Shown here: positions 1 through 8,845 of the stretch, one piece after another | Numbering within the stretch: the first letter of the stretch is position 1 | Layout: each line of letters begins with the position of its first letter | Assembly: GCA_036386655.1 (NCBI GenBank) | Contig: DASVVG010000187.1 | Location: 1-53,403 of the forward strand | Reading direction: 5' to 3' | Origin: Caulobacteraceae bacterium | GTDB taxonomy: Bacteria > Pseudomonadota > Alphaproteobacteria > Caulobacterales > Caulobacteraceae | DNA: 53,403 bases | Made by a program: the position numbers and the translations under genes | Notes under the pieces: generated by a model | Databases searched by the model: none | Seen by the model: only the letters and a program-made list of their open reading frames with translations | Told to the model about the DNA's origin: nothing

Positions 1-1
1 C

Positions 2-676
2 AGCGCGCGCCTGGAGGGGCGGCGGGCGCCCAGCGGCGAGAAGCTGAACCTGCTGGCCTACTACAACCAGACGAAGGAGGAGGGGCTGGTCTACGGCGGC
101 CGCCTGCGCCTGAGCCGCGACGACACCGCCGGCGTGGCGGAGGGGCTGCGCGGGGAGATGCGGCTGGGGCTCGCCTACCGCCCGGACGAAGGCCCGGTGA
201 TGCTGAGCCGCCTCGACGTGGAACGCGAAATCTTCTCAGGCGCCTCGCTGCTGCCCGACAGCCAGACCTCGACCAAGGTCGTCTCCAACAGCGTGCTGAA
301 CGTGCCGCTTGCCGAGGCGGACGAGCTGTCGATCTACCTGGGCGCCAAGGCCGCGCTCGACCAGTACGGCGGCGAGAACGAGGTGACGCTGTCGAGCCTG
401 CTGGCGCTCGAATACCGCCACGCGATCGGCCGCTGGTTCGACGTCGGTGTGCGCGGCGCGGCGCTGCGCATCGGCGGCGATCCGTTGGCCTACTCCTTCG
501 CGCCTTCCCTGGGCGTGAGCCTGGGCGACGCGATCTGGGTGAGCGCCGGCTACAACTTCGGGCGCATCCAGGAAGACGATTTCCAGGCGGCGGGCGTGAG
601 GCACGACGGCGCCTTCGTCCGCTTCCGGGTGAAGTTCGACGAGATGAACGTCCGCCAGCTGCTCGACCGCTTCTGA
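2..676 (+). CDS. Outer-membrane beta-barrel protein, C-terminal part (5' end outside window)
   Basis: Frame 2 is open from the window edge (..AYYNQTKEEGLVYGGRLRLSRDD..). Track ORF 134..676 is only its GTG-initiated tail. It shows an alternating hydrophobic beta-strand pattern and ends ..VRFRVKFDEMNVRQLLDRF with a terminal Phe, as OMP barrels typically do. Confidence 0.55.
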   Translation, partial: SARLEGRRAPSGEKLNLLAYYNQTKEEGLVYGGRLRLSRDDTAGVAEGLRGEMRLGLAYRPDEGPVMLSRLDVEREIFSGASLLPDSQTSTKVVSNSVLNVPLAEADELSIYLGAKAALDQYGGENEVTLSSLLALEYRHAIGRWFDVGVRGAALRIGGDPLAYSFAPSLGVSLGDAIWVSAGYNFGRIQEDDFQAAGVRHDGAFVRFRVKFDEMNVRQLLDRF

Positions 677-698
677 GCGGCCGACGAGCGCCGGCGCT

Positions 699-1181
699 TC
701 AGCGCACGACGGCGTGGAAGGTGACGGTGCGGACCTGGGCGGCCGGAAGCGGCGTCGGCAGCCGCCACTGGATGTGGGTGTACTCCCAGGCCTCGGCCAG
801 CCGCTTCTTGCCAGACGCGTCCGTCTTGAACAGCCGGTCGGGCCGGTCGAACGTCTGGCCGCCGTCGATCGAGAACGCGGCCTCGGCGTCGCCGCCCGCG
901 GCGCTGCCGGCCCAGTAGGCGAGCTCGGCGGGAATGGGCGTGACGAAGCGGATCTTCTCCGCCGGGGTCTGACCCTTGTTGGCCAGCTTGACGGAGTAGA
1001 CGATCTCGTCCCCCGGGATGGCGGTGCCGGGATCGACCAGCTTCACCGAGCTGCGGTCCAGCATGTCCTTGGTCTGCACCCGCTTCTTGGCTTCGAGCGA
1101 GATGGCGACTTCGGCGGCGGCGGTCGCGGGGACCGCGAGGGCGCCGGCGCATACGAAAGCGAGCACGAGGGGACGCATCAT
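699..1181 (-). CDS. Secreted DUF11-like (conserved repeat domain) protein
   Basis: 160-aa ORF with signal peptide MMRPLVLAFVCAGALAVPATAAA. The segment ..PGDEIVYSVKLANKGQTPAEKIRFVTPIP.. resembles DUF11/CARDB-type Ig-like repeat domains. Convergent with the OMP gene. Confidence 0.6.
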   Translation of the reverse strand: MMRPLVLAFVCAGALAVPATAAAEVAISLEAKKRVQTKDMLDRSSVKLVDPGTAIPGDEIVYSVKLANKGQTPAEKIRFVTPIPAELAYWAGSAAGGDAEAAFSIDGGQTFDRPDRLFKTDASGKKRLAEAWEYTHIQWRLPTPLPAAQVRTVTFHAVVR

Positions 1182-1231
1182 GTCGGTTCCTCCCAGTGTG
1201 GTGAGGTAACCCCGACGTGGTTAACGCGATT

Positions 1232-1741
1232 CTAAACCGGGGTTTTGTCGCTCTCCCGCCGCATCGCGCCCTTGTAGTAGGGGTCCGCCCGGCGCCGGCG
1301 GCATGGGCCGTAGTAGGTGTCGGTCTGCACGAACGGCCGCTCGCTGCTCATGATGGAGCCCAGCCGCTGGACCAGCAGCGTGGCGGACAGCGGCTTGGCC
1401 AGGAACTCGTTGACGCCCGCGTCGCGCGCCTCCGCCACCCGGCTCGCCTCGGCGTGGCCGGTGAGCATCATGAGGGGCAGGTTGCGGCAGTTGCTCTCCT
1501 CGCTCCGTACCCGGCGCGCAAAGGTGAGGCCGTCCATGGGCGCCATGCGATAGTCGACGATGGCGAGGTCGGCGGGGAAGGTCTGCAGGACCTCCAGCCC
1601 CTCGCCGCCCTCGCGGGCCTCCCGCAGGTTCTGGCAGCCGAGCGCGCGCAGCATGGCGAGCAGGATGGCCCGCATGTGTTCGTTGTCGTCGACGACGAGC
1701 ACCTGGACGGCGCCCATTCCCCGTGCCGCGGCGTTGGCCAC
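1232..1741 (-). CDS. Single-domain CheY-like response regulator with Arg-rich C-terminal tail
   Basis: Receiver motifs VLVVDDNEHMR, ..LAIVDYRMAPMDG.. and ..AKP. are present, and there is no output domain. The tail is ..YYGPCRRRRADPYYKGAMRRESD. GTG start at 1741 has the SD GGGGGAGA 6 nt upstream. Confidence 0.85.
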   Translation of the reverse strand: MANAAARGMGAVQVLVVDDNEHMRAILLAMLRALGCQNLREAREGGEGLEVLQTFPADLAIVDYRMAPMDGLTFARRVRSEESNCRNLPLMMLTGHAEASRVAEARDAGVNEFLAKPLSATLLVQRLGSIMSSERPFVQTDTYYGPCRRRRADPYYKGAMRRESDKTPV

Positions 1742-1876
1742 GATGTGTCTCCCCCCCGGAAGACCTTCAGTGGACGGTGATTACACCCCGAGTGTCAAAT
1801 AAGGCGACGAGGCTGAAGCGGCCGCCTTCCTCGGGCGCGGGGCGCTCGCGGCCGAGTGGCCGCGCCCCGAAGGTGG

Positions 1877-1905
1877 GAAGCCCCGCCGTGCGACGGCGGG
1901 GCTTC
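1877..1905 (-). terminator. Perfect 12-bp stem hairpin directly after the 90-aa gene
   Basis: GAAGCCCCGCCG-tgcga-CGGCGGGGCTTC begins 8 nt past the stop at 1913. There is no clear U-tract, which is common in high-GC alphaproteobacteria. Confidence 0.6.
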
Positions 1906-1912
1906 GCCTGGT

Positions 1913-2185
1913 TCAGCGCGCGCCCGGCTTCTTGTAGCCCGGATGCGAGGGGTGCTTCTTGCTCGGGTACTGGCCGTAGCCCGGCAGGTGTCCGGCGTTC
2001 TTGTAGCCGGACGTTTTCGCGCCCGTGTGCTTGCTGGGATGGTAGCCGGGCTTCTTCGCGGCGTGGCTGCCCCAGCCGCCGGCAGGTTGCGGGCCGGTGA
2101 AGCCGCCCGGCGGAGCCTTGGCGAGAGCGGCGGCGGGCGCGACGGCGAGAGCCACGGCCGCAGCGGCGGCGAGCATCATCTTCAT
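1913..2185 (-). CDS. Small secreted Lys/His/Tyr/Pro/Gly-rich protein (90 aa)
   Basis: Internal ATG of track ORF 1913..2476, with SD GGAGA 6 nt upstream. Signal peptide MKMMLAAAAAVALAVAPAAALA. The mature part is low-complexity with repeated (K)KPGYHPSKH-like motifs. A strong terminator follows. Confidence 0.65.
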   Translation of the reverse strand: MKMMLAAAAAVALAVAPAAALAKAPPGGFTGPQPAGGWGSHAAKKPGYHPSKHTGAKTSGYKNAGHLPGYGQYPSKKHPSHPGYKKPGAR

Positions 2186-2322
2186 ATCAGTCTCCGTTGA
2201 AGCGCCCTGGGGCGCACGCCCGAAAACCGCCGCTCGCGCGAATGGTTCAAAGTTCGCGTGAGAGGAGAAAGCCGGCGCTTCTGCATTGACCCCGGCTCTG
2301 TGCGATATCAGACACAACGGCC

Positions 2323-2499
2323 ATGCGAGGCGCCGAGTACCGAAAGAATGCAGAGGCCAACGAGCGCCTCGCCCACGCGGCCGACAAGCCGGAGATCCGC
2401 GAGGAATATCTGAGGATCGCGGCCGGCTGGCGGGCGCTCGCGGAGAGCGCCGAGCGGCAGCAAAAGGCCTCGCCACCCGAGGAGAGCGGCGAGGCCTGA
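2323..2499 (+). CDS. Small helical protein, 58 aa (not in ORF track, below length cutoff)
   Basis: Translation is MRGAEYRKNAEANERLAHAADKPEIREEYLRIAAGWRALAESAERQQKASPPEESGEA. Third codon positions are mostly G/C. It resembles the small ..EY...A..C..LA...........L..A..W..LA..AE.. proteins that I recall as common in alphaproteobacteria (recollection, no search run). The SD is weak. Confidence 0.45.
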   Translation: MRGAEYRKNAEANERLAHAADKPEIREEYLRIAAGWRALAESAERQQKASPPEESGEA

Positions 2500-2618
2500 G
2501 CTAAGTACCGGGGGTTGATTGCTCCGTCCGGCTCACGTTTTGTCGCAAGCATTGGTGAGCGCCGGGTTAACTGAGTCGGGTTCTCGACCGATGGGCGCTC
2601 CACCGGGCGCCCGCCCCT

Positions 2619-3284
2619 TCAGGCGGCGGGCGTCATCGCGGAGGAACCGGTCGCCTGGTAGCAGACCATCTCGGCGATGTTGCCGGCGTGGTCGCCGATC
2701 CGCTCCAGGTTCTTGGCCATGAACAGCAGCTGGGCGCCGGCCGCCGTGAGGCCCGGGTCGCGGCTCATCTGCTCCAGCAGGTCGCGCACCAGCGCCTCGT
2801 GCCGCTCGTCCAGCACGGGATCCGAGCGCCAGACGGCGCGCGCGCCTTCCACGTCCCGCGCGACCATCGCCCTGAGCGCCCCCTCCAGCGCCGCGCCGGC
2901 CATGGCGCCGAGCTGCTCCAGCTGCTCCAGCAGAGGCGGCGGGATCGGCACGTCCATGCGCAGGCTGCGCTTGGCGATGTTCTTGGCCAGGTCGCCGCAG
3001 CGCTCGAGCTCCAGCGCGCACTTCAGCGCCACGATGGTGTGGCGCAGGTCGTCGGCCATGGGTTGGCGCAGCGCGATGAGGCGGACCGCCTTGCGCTCGA
3101 TCTCCTGAGCGGCGGCGTTGAGGCGCTTGTCCGCGGCCATGATTTCCTGCGCGGGCGTTCCGTCGCCGCCGGAGAGGACAGCCAGGGCGTCGCGGAGCTG
3201 CACCACGGCCATCAGGCCGAGCTGTTCGACGTCGGAGGAGAGGTCCCGGAGCTCGTCCTCGTAAGCGGCCACCGTATGGTTCAT
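2619..3284 (-). CDS. phoU: Phosphate signalling complex protein PhoU
   Basis: 221 aa with the two PhoU repeats (..ELERCGDLAKNIAK.. and ..NLERIGDHAGNIAEM..). It lies directly downstream of pstB. Confidence 0.93.
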   Translation of the reverse strand: MNHTVAAYEDELRDLSSDVEQLGLMAVVQLRDALAVLSGGDGTPAQEIMAADKRLNAAAQEIERKAVRLIALRQPMADDLRHTIVALKCALELERCGDLAKNIAKRSLRMDVPIPPPLLEQLEQLGAMAGAALEGALRAMVARDVEGARAVWRSDPVLDERHEALVRDLLEQMSRDPGLTAAGAQLLFMAKNLERIGDHAGNIAEMVCYQATGSSAMTPAA

Positions 3285-3293
3285 CGCGCCATC

Positions 3294-4103
3294 CTACCCG
3301 AAACGGCCGGTGACGTAGTCCCGGGTCCGCTCCTGCGTCGGGTTGGTGAACAGGCTCTCCGTATCGCCGAACTCCACCAGATTCCCGAGGTGCATGAAGG
3401 CCGTGTACTGCGAGACCCGCGCCGCCTGCGCCATGTTGTGGGTGACGATCAGAACGGTCACGTCGCTGACCAGCCCGCCGATCAGGTCCTCGATCTTGGC
3501 GGTGGCGATGGGGTCCAGCGCGGAGGTGGGCTCGTCGAGGAGCAGCAGCTTGGGCTCGGGCGCCAGCGCGCGGGCGATGCAGAGCCGCTGCTGCTGGCCG
3601 CCGGACAGCTCGTATGCGGACTTGGTCAGGCGGTCCTTCACCTCGTCCCAGAGCGCGGCCTGGCGGAGCGCGTGCTCGACACGTCCGTCCAGCTCGCTGC
3701 GCGCCTTGACCCCGCGGACGTAGAGCCCGGCGGCCACGTTCTCGTAGATCGACTTCGGGAAGGGGTTCGGCTTCTGGAACACCATGCCGACCATCAGCCG
3801 GACCAGGATCGGGTCCACCGAGCGGTCCACCAGGTTGAGACCCTCGGGCTGAAGCTCGACGGCCCCTTGGTAGCGGATGCCCGGGTAGAGGTCGTGAATG
3901 CGGTTGAAGCAGCGCAGCAGCGTGCTCTTTCCGCAGCCCGACGGACCGATGATCGCGGTCACCTTGCGGTCGCGCACCGGCATGCTGACGCCGTGCAGCG
4001 CCTGGAACTTGCCGTACCAGAAGCTGAGGTCGCGCACCTCGGCGCGCACGGGGACCTCGGCGGCGGGGCTGGCGTGGGCGGGGGTCAAGCTCGCCGGGGT
4101 CAC
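3294..4103 (-). CDS. pstB: Phosphate ABC transporter ATP-binding protein PstB
   Basis: Walker [10 protein letters not shown], signature LSGGQQQR and Walker [12 protein letters not shown]. Start re-set to the in-frame GTG at 4103, which overlaps the pstA stop (GTGA). The upstream 64 codons of the track ORF overlap pstA. Confidence 0.92.
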   Translation of the reverse strand: MTPASLTPAHASPAAEVPVRAEVRDLSFWYGKFQALHGVSMPVRDRKVTAIIGPSGCGKSTLLRCFNRIHDLYPGIRYQGAVELQPEGLNLVDRSVDPILVRLMVGMVFQKPNPFPKSIYENVAAGLYVRGVKARSELDGRVEHALRQAALWDEVKDRLTKSAYELSGGQQQRLCIARALAPEPKLLLLDEPTSALDPIATAKIEDLIGGLVSDVTVLIVTHNMAQAARVSQYTAFMHLGNLVEFGDTESLFTNPTQERTRDYVTGRFG

Positions 4104-5023
4104 GTGCGCAGGCTTCGCCGCAGCCGGTAGCGGATGAAGATCGCCGTGCCGTTCATGACCAGCGTCATAGCCAGCAACAGCAGTCCCGTCGCGGCCGCGT
4201 TCTCGTGGAAGCCCGCCTGCGGGCGGCTGATCCAGTTGAACATCTGAATGGGCATCACCGTGAAGGGCGACTGGAGCCAGTCGAAGTTCAGCCATGGGAA
4301 GTCCCCCTTGACGGGGCTGGGTGGGAGGAAGGCGATGAAGGTCAACGCCCCGATGGTGATGATGGGCGCCGTCTCGCCGATGGCGCGCGACAGGCCCACG
4401 ATGGCGCCGGTGAGGATGCCCGGGCGTGCCGACGGCAGGACGTAGCGCCAGACCACCTGCCAGCGGGTGCAGCCCAGACTGTAGGCGCTCTCGCGCAGGC
4501 TGCCCGGCACCGAGCGGACCGCTTCACGGGTGGCGACGATGACGACCGGCAGGATGAGGAGCGCCAGCACCATGCCGCCGACGAGGATCGTTGGGCCCAT
4601 GTTCAGCAGGTAGACGAAGAAGCCGAGCGCCAGCAGGCCGTAGATGATGGAGGGGACGCCGGCGAGGTTGCTGACGTTGATCTCGATGATGTCGCTGAGG
4701 ACGCCGCGGCGGGCGTACTCCTCGAGGTAGAGGCCTGCGCCGACGCCGAGCGGGATGGCGAGCACGCCCGTGACCAGCATCACCAGCGTGGTGCCGACCC
4801 AGGCGGAGAGGATCCCCGCGCGGCCCGGGAAGCGGGACGGGAAGTTGGTCAGGAACTCGGGGTCGATGCGCGCGAGGCCGTCGCGCATCAGGTCGATGAC
4901 CAGGGTCGCCAGCAGCGACATGACCAGCAGCAGGACGACCACGCCGCAGACGGCGAAGACCAGGTCCTGCGCCTTGGCGCGTCCGACGAGTCCGTCCGAA
5001 GGGAGAGCGGCGGGGTCGGCCAT
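4100..5023 (-). CDS. pstA: Phosphate ABC transporter permease PstA
   Basis: 307-aa polytopic membrane protein with the EAA-type loop ..[29 protein letters not shown].. Position in the pst operon supports the call. Confidence 0.9.
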   Translation of the reverse strand: MADPAALPSDGLVGRAKAQDLVFAVCGVVVLLLVMSLLATLVIDLMRDGLARIDPEFLTNFPSRFPGRAGILSAWVGTTLVMLVTGVLAIPLGVGAGLYLEEYARRGVLSDIIEINVSNLAGVPSIIYGLLALGFFVYLLNMGPTILVGGMVLALLILPVVIVATREAVRSVPGSLRESAYSLGCTRWQVVWRYVLPSARPGILTGAIVGLSRAIGETAPIITIGALTFIAFLPPSPVKGDFPWLNFDWLQSPFTVMPIQMFNWISRPQAGFHENAAATGLLLLAMTLVMNGTAIFIRYRLRRSLRT

Positions 5024-5026
5024 CGC

Positions 5027-5989
5027 TCAGTAGGCCTCCCGGAAGCGGCGGCGCAGGAAGAAGCCGAACACGTTGAACGCCAGAGTGATCACGAACAGCA
5101 ACAAGCCGACCGCGAAGATGGATGCATAGGCGAGCGAGCCGTGGGGGAGGTCGCCCAGGCTCATCTGCACGATGTAGGCGGTGATGGTGGCGGCTCCCTC
5201 CCGCGGGTCGCCGGTCAGGTTGGGGTTCTGGCCGGCGGCGATGGCCACGACCATGGTCTCGCCGACCGCGCGGGCGAAGCCCAGGAGGTAGGCGGCGGTG
5301 ACGCCGGAGAGCGCGCCGGGGATCACCACGGTGAAGGCCATGCGCCAGCGGCTCATGCCTAGCGCGAAGGCGCCTTCGCGCAGCGCCATCGGCACCGCCC
5401 GCATCGCGTCCTCGCTGATCGAGACGACGTAGGGGAGGATCATGATCCCCATGACGACGCCCGGCACCAGCAGGTTGAAACCGGATAGCCCCGGGATGAA
5501 GCGCTGCGCCAGCGGCGTCAGGAACAGCAGGGCGAAATAGCCGAACACCACCGTGGGAACGGCGGCGAGCAGCTCCAGCACGGGTTTGAGCACCTCGCGG
5601 ATGCGCGGGCGGGCGAACTCGCTGAGGTAGACCGACAGGATCAGGCCCAGCGGGGTGGCCACCGCCATGGCGATGCCGGCGGCCCACAGCGTCGCCGAGA
5701 GCAGCGGCAGCACGCCGAAGCGGGCGTTGGTGAACACCGGCGTCCACTCGGTGTCCGTGAGGAAGGTGAACAGCGGCACCTCCTGGAAGAACGGGATCGA
5801 CTCCGACACCAGCACCCAGACGATCGCGGCGGTGATCGCGACCGAAAGGGCCGCGCAGGCGAACAGCACCCCGGCCATCACCTGTGCGACCAGCCGGCTG
5901 CGCTTCAGCACCGGGCTGTCGCGCAGCATGGCGTACTCGGAAGCCCCGGCGGGCGCGGCCGGCGCCGGCGTATGTCCGACCGCGCTCAC
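5027..5989 (-). CDS. pstC: Phosphate ABC transporter permease PstC
   Basis: 320-aa permease containing ..ALREGAFALGMSRWRMAFTVVIPGALSG.. The GTG at 5989 is 5 nt after the pstS stop. An alternative ATG 20 codons downstream (5929) is possible. Confidence 0.88.
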   Translation of the reverse strand: MSAVGHTPAPAAPAGASEYAMLRDSPVLKRSRLVAQVMAGVLFACAALSVAITAAIVWVLVSESIPFFQEVPLFTFLTDTEWTPVFTNARFGVLPLLSATLWAAGIAMAVATPLGLILSVYLSEFARPRIREVLKPVLELLAAVPTVVFGYFALLFLTPLAQRFIPGLSGFNLLVPGVVMGIMILPYVVSISEDAMRAVPMALREGAFALGMSRWRMAFTVVIPGALSGVTAAYLLGFARAVGETMVVAIAAGQNPNLTGDPREGAATITAYIVQMSLGDLPHGSLAYASIFAVGLLLFVITLAFNVFGFFLRRRFREAY

Positions 5990-5994
5990 CGGGT

Positions 5995-7077
5995 TCAGGC
6001 GGCCGGCTTCGCCGCGGCCGGTTGCGTCGCCGCGGCGGCGGCGGGCGCGACCTGCGAGCCGGCGAGCATCTGCTCGACGGTCACGCCGATCTTGGAGCCG
6101 CCCTGGAACTGGGAGCCGGTGACCCGCCGGTCGAACTTGCCCTTGGCCAGGCCGTAGGCCTGCTGCGGGAGCGGCACGTAGCCGACCTGCGAGACGAGCT
6201 CCGCGCTGACCTCCGGGTTGAAGGCGAAGGCGATGAAGGAGCCCACGTGCGGGCGCTCATCCGCGAACTTGCGGTTCACGTAGTAGAACAGCGGCCGGGA
6301 CAGCGGCTGGTAGCTGCCGTCGCGGGCGGCCTGGGCCGAGGGGCCGACGCAGCGGCCGTCGGCCTGGCGGATCGGCACGGCCTTCACCTTGCCGGCGTTC
6401 TCGGTGACGTAGGCGAGGCCGAGGTAGCCCAGCGCGTACTGGTCGCGCGAAACGCCCGTGACGGTGACGTTGTCGTCCTCGGTGGCGGTGTAGTCGCCGC
6501 GGGACGCGCCTTCCTCGCCGTTGATGGCTTTGGTGAAGTAGTCGAACGTTCCGGAGTCGGTGCCGGCGCCGAAGAGCCGGATCGGCTGCTTCGGCCAGCC
6601 CGCGCGGACCTGGTCCCAGGTCGTCACCTTGCCCTGCGCCTGCGGGCTCCACAGCGTCTTCAGCTCGGCGGTGGTCAGGCAGTCCACGAAGCCGTTCGAG
6701 GGGTGGACGATCACCGCCAGGGCGTCGAGCGCGACGGGGAGCTCGATGAACTCCACGCCGGCGGCGCGGCAGGCCTCGGCCTCCTCGCTCTTGATCGGCC
6801 GCGAGGCGCCCGCGATGTCGATCTCGCCGCGGCAGAACTTCTTGAGGCCGCCGCCGGTGCCGGAGAGGCCGGCGGTGACGCGGCCGCGCGTCTCGCGCTG
6901 GAACTCTTCGCCGAGGGCTTCGGAAATGGGGAAGACGGTGCTGGAGCCGTCGATCAGGACCACGGCGGTCGACTGGCCGCCGCCGCGCGCGGTGGTCTGG
7001 CCGCGGTCGTCTTCGTCGCTACCGCCGCACGCCGCCAGGAGGGCCGCGAACGCGATCACAGGCAGGTTTCTGAGCAT
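5995..7077 (-). CDS. pstS: Phosphate-binding lipoprotein PstS
   Basis: Lipobox LLAAC. PBP-fold phosphate-binding motifs are present (..IDGSSTVFP.., ..GTGGG..). It has an Ala/Pro-rich C-terminal tail and is the first gene of pstSCAB-phoU. Confidence 0.88.
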   Translation of the reverse strand: MLRNLPVIAFAALLAACGGSDEDDRGQTTARGGGQSTAVVLIDGSSTVFPISEALGEEFQRETRGRVTAGLSGTGGGLKKFCRGEIDIAGASRPIKSEEAEACRAAGVEFIELPVALDALAVIVHPSNGFVDCLTTAELKTLWSPQAQGKVTTWDQVRAGWPKQPIRLFGAGTDSGTFDYFTKAINGEEGASRGDYTATEDDNVTVTGVSRDQYALGYLGLAYVTENAGKVKAVPIRQADGRCVGPSAQAARDGSYQPLSRPLFYYVNRKFADERPHVGSFIAFAFNPEVSAELVSQVGYVPLPQQAYGLAKGKFDRRVTGSQFQGGSKIGVTVEQMLAGSQVAPAAAAATQPAAAKPAA

Positions 7078-7142
7078 GTTGTTCTTCCGAGAGGGACAAC
7101 GCGGCTTCTATGGCGCCTCCGCGTCAGATTTGCTCCATCCGC

Positions 7143-7160
7143 TTGTCAGTTCCGTGACAG
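7143..7160 (-). promoter_or_regulatory. Pho box upstream of pstS
   Basis: The minus strand reads CTGTCAC-GGAA-CTGACAA (7-4-7 architecture, compared with the E. coli consensus CTGTCAT-A(A/T)A(T/A)-CTGTCA(C/T)). It lies about 65 nt upstream of the pstS start. Confidence 0.6.
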
Positions 7161-7176
7161 TGCGGGCGGCCCGGCG

Positions 7177-7216
7177 CCGTCATCGAGCTGTCACGCTGAA
7201 TATGGAATACCGTCAT
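7177..7216 (+). promoter_or_regulatory. Phased Pho-box array upstream of the porin gene
   Basis: CCGTCAT-cgag-CTGTCAC-gctg-AATATGG-aata-CCGTCAT. The four 7-mers sit at an exact 11-bp period, and three of them are close to the Pho-box half-site. The array ends 54 nt before the porin ATG. Confidence 0.65.
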
Positions 7217-7270
7217 GCGAGTCGATTAGACCGGACGAGCCGCGACGCACGTGGGCCGGGATTCGACGCC

Positions 7271-8845
7271 ATGCCTCTCTCTCGTTTCTCCCGCCCGGTC
7301 GCGCGCGGCGCGCTGGCGCTGATGCTGTCGTCCGTGGCCGGAGCGGCGCTCGCGCAGCAGCCGGATCCGCGCGAGGCGCGCATAGCCGCGCTGGAGGCGC
7401 AGCTGCGCGCGCTCAGCGCCGAAGTGGCGGCGCTGAAGGCGGAAACGGCGGCTGCGCCAGCCGTGCCGGCCCCGGCGGCGTCGGCAGCGGCCGCGGCTCC
7501 TGCGCCGAAGAAGAAGGAGGAGGGGCCGAGCCTCGCAATGTCGGGACTGCGGCCGACGATCTCCAGCGCCGACGGACGCTTCTCGGTCGCGCTGCGCGGC
7601 GTGGCGATGCTCGATACTGCGCGGCACTTCCAGGACGATCCGGGTCCGATCGCGACCGATCTGCGCCGGGGCGGCGGCGCGGGCGACAGCGCGCGGGCGC
7701 GGGACCTGGCAGACGGGACCAACTTCCGGCGGGCGCGGCTCGGGCTCGAGGGCAAGGTCCTCGGCGATTTCTCGTACAACATGACCTACGAGTTCGGCGG
7801 CTCCGGCACGGAAGAGGGCGGGCGCCTCTACGAGGCGTCGCTCGCCTACACGGGCGTCGAGGGGCTGCAGATCAAGGGCGGCGCCTTCGAGCCGATGGCG
7901 GGGCTCTCCAACGCCTCGACCTCCGGCATGATCCTGCTCGAGCGGCCCGCGCCGGCGGAGGTCGCGCGCAACGTGGCCGGGGGCGACTCCCGCGTCGGGC
8001 TGCAGGTGCTGGCGCAGAAGGAACGCGGCGAGGGGGAGAACCGCAGCAACCTGCTGGTTTCGGGGGCGGTCACCGGCGCGGTCATCGGCGCGGCGCAGTC
8101 GTTCGACGAGCAGACGGGGCTGATCGGCCGGGCGGTGTTCGCGCCGCGCATGGGCGACTGGCTGATCCAGGGCGGCGTCAACGGCAGCTACGTCCTACGC
8201 CCGACCGACGCGCTGGGACCGGACGCCGCGGGCGCGCGCTACCCGATCCAGCTGCGCGACCGCCCGGAGCTGCGCGTCGACGGCACGCGGCTGGTCGACA
8301 CCGGCTCCATCGACGCCGAGCACGCCCACACGGCGGGCGTGGAGTTCGCGGCGCAGCGCGGGCGGGTGATGCTGCAGGGCGAGTACTTCCAGTACGGGAT
8401 CGACCGCCGAGCCAGCGCTCTGGCCGACCCGCGCTTCCACGGCTGGTACGTCGAGGGGAGCTGGGTGCTGACCGGCGAGAAGCGGCGCTACAACGCGGCC
8501 ACCGCGACGTTCGACGCGCCGACGCCGGACGAGCCGTTCGACCGCAGCGCCGGCGCCTGGGGGGCGTGGGAGCTGGCGGCGCGGTACTCGCTGCTCGACC
8601 TGAACTTTGACGAAGGCGCTCCGGGCACGACTCCGGCGACCGGCGCGGTGCGCGGCGGCGAGCAGTCGATCTGGACGCTCGGCCTCAACTGGTACCTGAA
8701 CCCGAACGTGCGCTTCATGCTGCAGGGGCAGCACGTCGAGATCGACCGCCTGTCACCGAACGCGGCGACGTTCCTCACCCCGGCGGGCGCGCAGATCGGC
8801 CAGGAGCTGCAGACCCTCGCGCTGCGGGCGCAGCTGGGCTTCTAG
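7271..8845 (+). CDS. Phosphate-selective porin O/P family protein
   Basis: Internal ATG of track ORF 6560..8845. Signal peptide ..[17 protein letters not shown], an N-terminal coiled coil ([24 protein letters not shown]), then a beta-barrel ending ..LALRAQLGF. Divergent from pstS, with Pho boxes between. Confidence 0.85.
   Translation: MPLSRFSRPVARGALALMLSSVAGAALAQQPDPREARIAALEAQLRALSAEVAALKAETAAAPAVPAPAASAAAAAPAPKKKEEGPSLAMSGLRPTISSADGRFSVALRGVAMLDTARHFQDDPGPIATDLRRGGGAGDSARARDLADGTNFRRARLGLEGKVLGDFSYNMTYEFGGSGTEEGGRLYEASLAYTGVEGLQIKGGAFEPMAGLSNASTSGMILLERPAPAEVARNVAGGDSRVGLQVLAQKERGEGENRSNLLVSGAVTGAVIGAAQSFDEQTGLIGRAVFAPRMGDWLIQGGVNGSYVLRPTDALGPDAAGARYPIQLRDRPELRVDGTRLVDTGSIDAEHAHTAGVEFAAQRGRVMLQGEYFQYGIDRRASALADPRFHGWYVEGSWVLTGEKRRYNAATATFDAPTPDEPFDRSAGAWGAWELAARYSLLDLNFDEGAPGTTPATGAVRGGEQSIWTLGLNWYLNPNVRFMLQGQHVEIDRLSPNAATFLTPAGAQIGQELQTLALRAQLGF

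Noticed and set aside
1793-1798. Perfect sigma-70-type -35 hexamer TTGACA (minus strand) upstream of the response regulator gene
   Set aside because: No acceptable -10 element lies at 16-18 nt (GTCCAC). TAATCA lies only 9 nt away. I do not call a promoter.
2286-2504. 72-aa TTG-initiated ORF (MTPALCDIRHNGHARRRVPKE..)
   Set aside because: The product is Arg-rich and implausible. The 58-aa frame at 2323..2499 on the same strand has coding-like composition and family resemblance, so it is preferred.
2688-4130. 480-aa plus-strand ORF across phoU and pstB
   Set aside because: It is antisense to two genes with unambiguous motifs, and its composition is dominated by Arg/Ala/Gly/Val/His.
5884-8610. 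908-aa plus-strand ORF, and the 6560..7270 extension of the porin ORF
   Set aside because: Both products are Arg/Gly/Ala-rich and run antisense through pstC and pstS, which have clear family motifs. The porin begins at the ATG at 7271, which carries a signal peptide and lies downstream of the Pho boxes.
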